Source: a phage
Reading direction: 5' to 3' (one strand)
Length of the DNA stretch: 64,000 bases
NCBI GenBank assembly: GCA_037431425.1
Contig: GCA_037431425.1_4129.1
Position numbers and translations under genes: made by a program. Positions 61,025 through 64,000 of the stretch are shown here, piece after piece. The notes beneath the pieces were generated by a model. It ran no database searches. It saw only the letters and a list, made by a program, of their open reading frames with translations, and was not told the origin of the DNA. Within the stretch, counting starts at the first letter, position 1; the number at the start of each line of letters is the position of its first letter.

Positions 61025-61597
61025 ATGAATCGTAAAGGTCGTTTTAAGGTATCAAAGAAGAACAAAAGTTCTAGATTTAAGCCTATAGTTTTAACCGTTA
61101 AAGCCAAAGCGGAATTAACTGCACTTAGTAAAAAGATCATTTCATCTAAGATTAAAGTATCATACGTAAATTCGGTAAAATATCGAAAGGTTAAACCACA
61201 AGACCTACTCATTTCACTTATATTTGAACGTAATGATTTTGAGATATCAGTGGATGATTATAGAGCCTATAATGCTGGTTTCATTAATGTTACTTGTACT
61301 ACAGAACTAACTGAATTAGAACATTTGTCATGTATAGTAAATCTCGATAAAGGTGTAGTGAAATACCACTTTGTACATTTTACTAATATTAATGATGGAA
61401 AGGGTGTACAATCCAGAACTATAGTACCTACATGTGATGTGACTAAATTATCAAAGCTCAATGACGAAGAATATTTTCAAGAAAGTACTGTAACTGAATA
61501 TATAGATGAAATTATAGCAACTTACAAAGAATGTATATGGGTTTTAAATGCAATGAAGCCTAAATTATGTTTGATGAATATTGTACGTGATTTATGA
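61025..61597 (+). CDS. CtFQ-family small protein
   Basis: 190 aa; motif DEEYFQESTVTEY; RBS GAGGAAA. Confidence 0.6.
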   Translation: MNRKGRFKVSKKNKSSRFKPIVLTVKAKAELTALSKKIISSKIKVSYVNSVKYRKVKPQDLLISLIFERNDFEISVDDYRAYNAGFINVTCTTELTELEHLSCIVNLDKGVVKYHFVHFTNINDGKGVQSRTIVPTCDVTKLSKLNDEEYFQESTVTEYIDEIIATYKECIWVLNAMKPKLCLMNIVRDL

Positions 61598-61610
61598 ATA
61601 AGGAATTGAA

Positions 61611-62054
61611 ATGTGTTGGGTAAATGTAAACAGTATTGAGCTTAATGAAAAAGATATTTTTGCATTTGTAAATTTAACAAATAATACAGTTCTAAAAGGT
61701 CGATTGTTCAGTTCCAGCACTGGTGAAAAATGGATTTCATTGATGAATGATTGTGGTGAGATTTATAATGTGATGTCGTTACCACAATGGGTCTATAGTA
61801 ACACTGCGGATGATGTTCTTGCAGCAGTTATGCGTGAGTTTGAAAAACTTCCCGGTGGTGATATCAAAAACAAAGTTTTTAATGCCGAGCGTAAAAATTA
61901 TACAGCACAGCAATTAGAATCACTCGCTATTGCTGCATATCAAGCTGCTATTAAGAAGCCAGAATGTGTTATTCTTAAGTATATTCCAGACTTAAAACTC
62001 ACATTGGAAGATATGGATGCATTCATTTTTACATCTGAACTTGAACAGTACTGA
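61611..62054 (+). CDS. hypothetical protein
   Basis: 147 aa; RBS AAGGAA. Confidence 0.55.
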   Translation: MCWVNVNSIELNEKDIFAFVNLTNNTVLKGRLFSSSTGEKWISLMNDCGEIYNVMSLPQWVYSNTADDVLAAVMREFEKLPGGDIKNKVFNAERKNYTAQQLESLAIAAYQAAIKKPECVILKYIPDLKLTLEDMDAFIFTSELEQY

Positions 62055-62124
62055 TTTAACTTTGGGACAAACCTTCCTATAATGATATAATTTTTTTGTC
62101 AGTTTATTTAAATGACATATGAAA

Positions 62125-62132
62125 TATAAATA
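62125..62132 (+). promoter_or_regulatory. T4-type late promoter-like TATAAATA
   Basis: exact TATAAATA 36 nt upstream of ATG 62168. Confidence 0.4.
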
Positions 62133-62167
62133 TTATTGTAAAGTTTATCTCTTATAGGAGTTATAAA

Positions 62168-62551
62168 ATGGTTGATAAATGGAATAAGAAAGAACCATCT
62201 CATGATGTGGATATTTCTGACCTAGATAATGAACATAAACACAAGTACCTAGATTCACTAGGACTACTAAAGCCGGACCAAAGTATTGCACATGATCGTC
62301 CTTCACGTGAAAAAGCATTCAGTCTGGAATCTCTAGGTCATGAGCTAAATCGTGTGTTTGAAGAACACCCAATCTATGTACGTGATATTATTGAGAAACT
62401 TAAAGTAACTCCTAAAGAGCACTTTAAAGCAACTGTACACTCTGCATTCAATGCATTACATGAAGCACTTAAGAAAACTCACAACCTTCGTAAGATTCAT
62501 GATGATATTGTAAATGCAATTGAAAGTGAAAAGCATAAGTTCAAAAAGTAA
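62168..62551 (+). CDS. hypothetical basic protein, paralogue of N-terminal region of 62616 protein
   Basis: 127 aa; shared YLDSLGLLKPDQ / YVNSLGLLNATQ and IEKLKVTPKEHFKATVHSAFNAL / VKELQSVPKEELKVKAQAVLDAM segments; RBS TAGGAG. Confidence 0.6.
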   Translation: MVDKWNKKEPSHDVDISDLDNEHKHKYLDSLGLLKPDQSIAHDRPSREKAFSLESLGHELNRVFEEHPIYVRDIIEKLKVTPKEHFKATVHSAFNALHEALKKTHNLRKIHDDIVNAIESEKHKFKK

Positions 62552-62552
62552 T

Positions 62553-62582
62553 AGAAAGGGTTGACTTCGGTCAGCCTTTTTT
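62553..62582 (+). terminator. intrinsic terminator with UUCG tetraloop (copy 2 of 3)
   Basis: GGTTGAC-TTCG-GTCAGCC followed by TTTTTTT. Confidence 0.85.
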
Positions 62583-62589
62583 TATATAC

Positions 62590-62597
62590 TATAAATA
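62590..62597 (+). promoter_or_regulatory. T4-type late promoter-like TATAAATA
   Basis: exact TATAAATA 19 nt upstream of ATG 62616. Confidence 0.4.
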
Positions 62598-62615
62598 TAA
62601 TCATAGAGAAAAAAC

Positions 62616-63887
62616 ATGAAATCTATGGAGAGAAATCAAATGCCAAGTAATTTTACTGATAAAAATGGTGGTAACATGGCAGGTCACTCGGATAAATGGA
62701 GTGAACGCAACCGCCGCCCAAATAGTTACCAAGCAGGCCAAGGTTCCCGTGGCTCCAGAAACCAAGGAACGGGACTTGCTGGCAAGGCAAACGCAGAAGC
62801 AGGTGAAGTTAAGAGTACTGAGAACATGACTGAGCTAGAAAAGCTACGTTATGTTAATTCATTAGGACTTCTTAATGCTACACAAAAACAACGTCTAGCT
62901 GATATGGAACGCGAAGAAAAAGAAAAAACAACTACTAAAGAAGAATCAAAACAGGAAGCACCGAAGCCGTCTAACCCTGTCAAAGAACTGTCTGATAAGT
63001 TAGGTAAGATCTTTGCAAATAAACCCCAACTTATTCAAGGTATTGTCAAAGAATTACAATCTGTACCTAAAGAAGAATTAAAAGTCAAAGCACAAGCTGT
63101 TCTGGATGCAATGAAAGGAAATACCAGTACTGAACCAACTGAAGTGTTCAGTACTATTATGCGTGCACTGGAAGGTAAACAACAAGGTGAAGAACGTGGT
63201 GATGAAGTAAGTCTTGAACGTATTCTTAAAACATTTGATAGTATTGGGAAAGAAGATCGTGTTAATGCACAACAGGTTAAAAATGTTCTAGCAAAATTGG
63301 AAAACCGTCTAGAAGGTAAAGATGATAAGATTAAATTGGTATCTGATGTAGTTGACAATGCACTTAAATCTTATGTACAAGGTGAAAAGAGTCGTTTTGT
63401 GACCGCGATGGATGCAGCATTCAATACTATGAAAAAGTACGAAGCTGACCATGGTGAGAAGGTTACACCTGATGGTTATCTGATGCGTGATGATGAAGAA
63501 GGTGCAGTAGAACAGAATGATGTTCATTCTGACGAAGATATTGATGACATGGAAGCTGAACTGTCACAAGATCGCCAAATGACTGAAAAATCACACAACG
63601 AACTAAAGAAATTAATGCAGTGGGTCGCTGATGTTGGAGAAAAAGCGGGTGCTGATAAGAAAAGTATAAACCGAAATCTTAGTTGGATTAAAGATAAAGT
63701 AGGTAACAACGCTCGCAAACTACAAAAAGCATGGACTGATGTAGTGAATGGTGCAGTAGATATTGACGTTGAATCTGGTGAAGCATATGATTATGCATTG
63801 ACTACACTTGATGATTCTTTTCGTGACTACGAAAAAGGAAACGTGACTCCTTGGGAAAAGGACATAATGAGCAAATACGGCAAATGA
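62616..63887 (+). CDS. hypothetical highly charged protein (possible late/virion internal protein)
   Basis: 423 aa, K/E/D-rich; N-terminal region paralogous to 62168 product. Confidence 0.6.
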   Translation: MKSMERNQMPSNFTDKNGGNMAGHSDKWSERNRRPNSYQAGQGSRGSRNQGTGLAGKANAEAGEVKSTENMTELEKLRYVNSLGLLNATQKQRLADMEREEKEKTTTKEESKQEAPKPSNPVKELSDKLGKIFANKPQLIQGIVKELQSVPKEELKVKAQAVLDAMKGNTSTEPTEVFSTIMRALEGKQQGEERGDEVSLERILKTFDSIGKEDRVNAQQVKNVLAKLENRLEGKDDKIKLVSDVVDNALKSYVQGEKSRFVTAMDAAFNTMKKYEADHGEKVTPDGYLMRDDEEGAVEQNDVHSDEDIDDMEAELSQDRQMTEKSHNELKKLMQWVADVGEKAGADKKSINRNLSWIKDKVGNNARKLQKAWTDVVNGAVDIDVESGEAYDYALTTLDDSFRDYEKGNVTPWEKDIMSKYGK

Positions 63888-63892
63888 TAACA

Positions 63893-63922
63893 AAAAGGTT
63901 GACTTCGGTCAGCCTTTTTTGT
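63893..63922 (+). terminator. intrinsic terminator with UUCG tetraloop (copy 3 of 3)
   Basis: AAAAAGGTTGAC-TTCG-GTCAGCCTTTTTTGTT. Confidence 0.85.
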
Positions 63923-64000
63923 TATGATAGTGCTATCCACTATTGAGGCCAGAGAGATGACAAAGCAAGAAATATTCAAAACTTTAATTGACATATTACG

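Noticed and set aside
63035-63718. Four minus-strand ORFs antisense to the 62616-63887 gene
   Set aside because: Low-complexity translations antisense to a well-supported late gene

Overview
AT-rich, densely packed segment of a large virulent myophage genome with T4-like core genes; all confident genes but one are on the + strand. Recognisable genes: topoisomerase II large subunit (gp39-like, unsplit) and medium subunit (gp52-like), a GroES-like co-chaperonin, an RFC/gp44-like AAA+ protein, a HAD phosphatase, a DexA-like exonuclease, a C5-cytosine methyltransferase interrupted by a LAGLIDADG intein, a sigma-70-family sigma factor and an HNH endonuclease. A tRNA cluster (Ser-UGA, Arg-UCU, Ser-GCU, Met-CAU, Asn-GUU, Thr-UGU) lies at 36.0-39.9 kb among near-consensus TTGACA-N16/17-TATAAT promoters and hairpin terminators. 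The most striking feature is a family of at least 21 small paralogous proteins (about 117-193 aa) sharing a C-terminal EExFFQxST[IV]xD-like motif, often in tandem arrays, which I could not match to any family I know. Also notable are apparent strong enrichment of the palindrome CAGTACTG (including inside promoter spacers), candidate structured noncoding RNAs in the tRNA region, a second small tandem family (MTHEEW...), and a late module with TATAAATA promoters and three identical UUCG-tetraloop terminators. All calls are from reading the sequence and ORF translations; no database search or folding was run, and enrichment counts are by eye.
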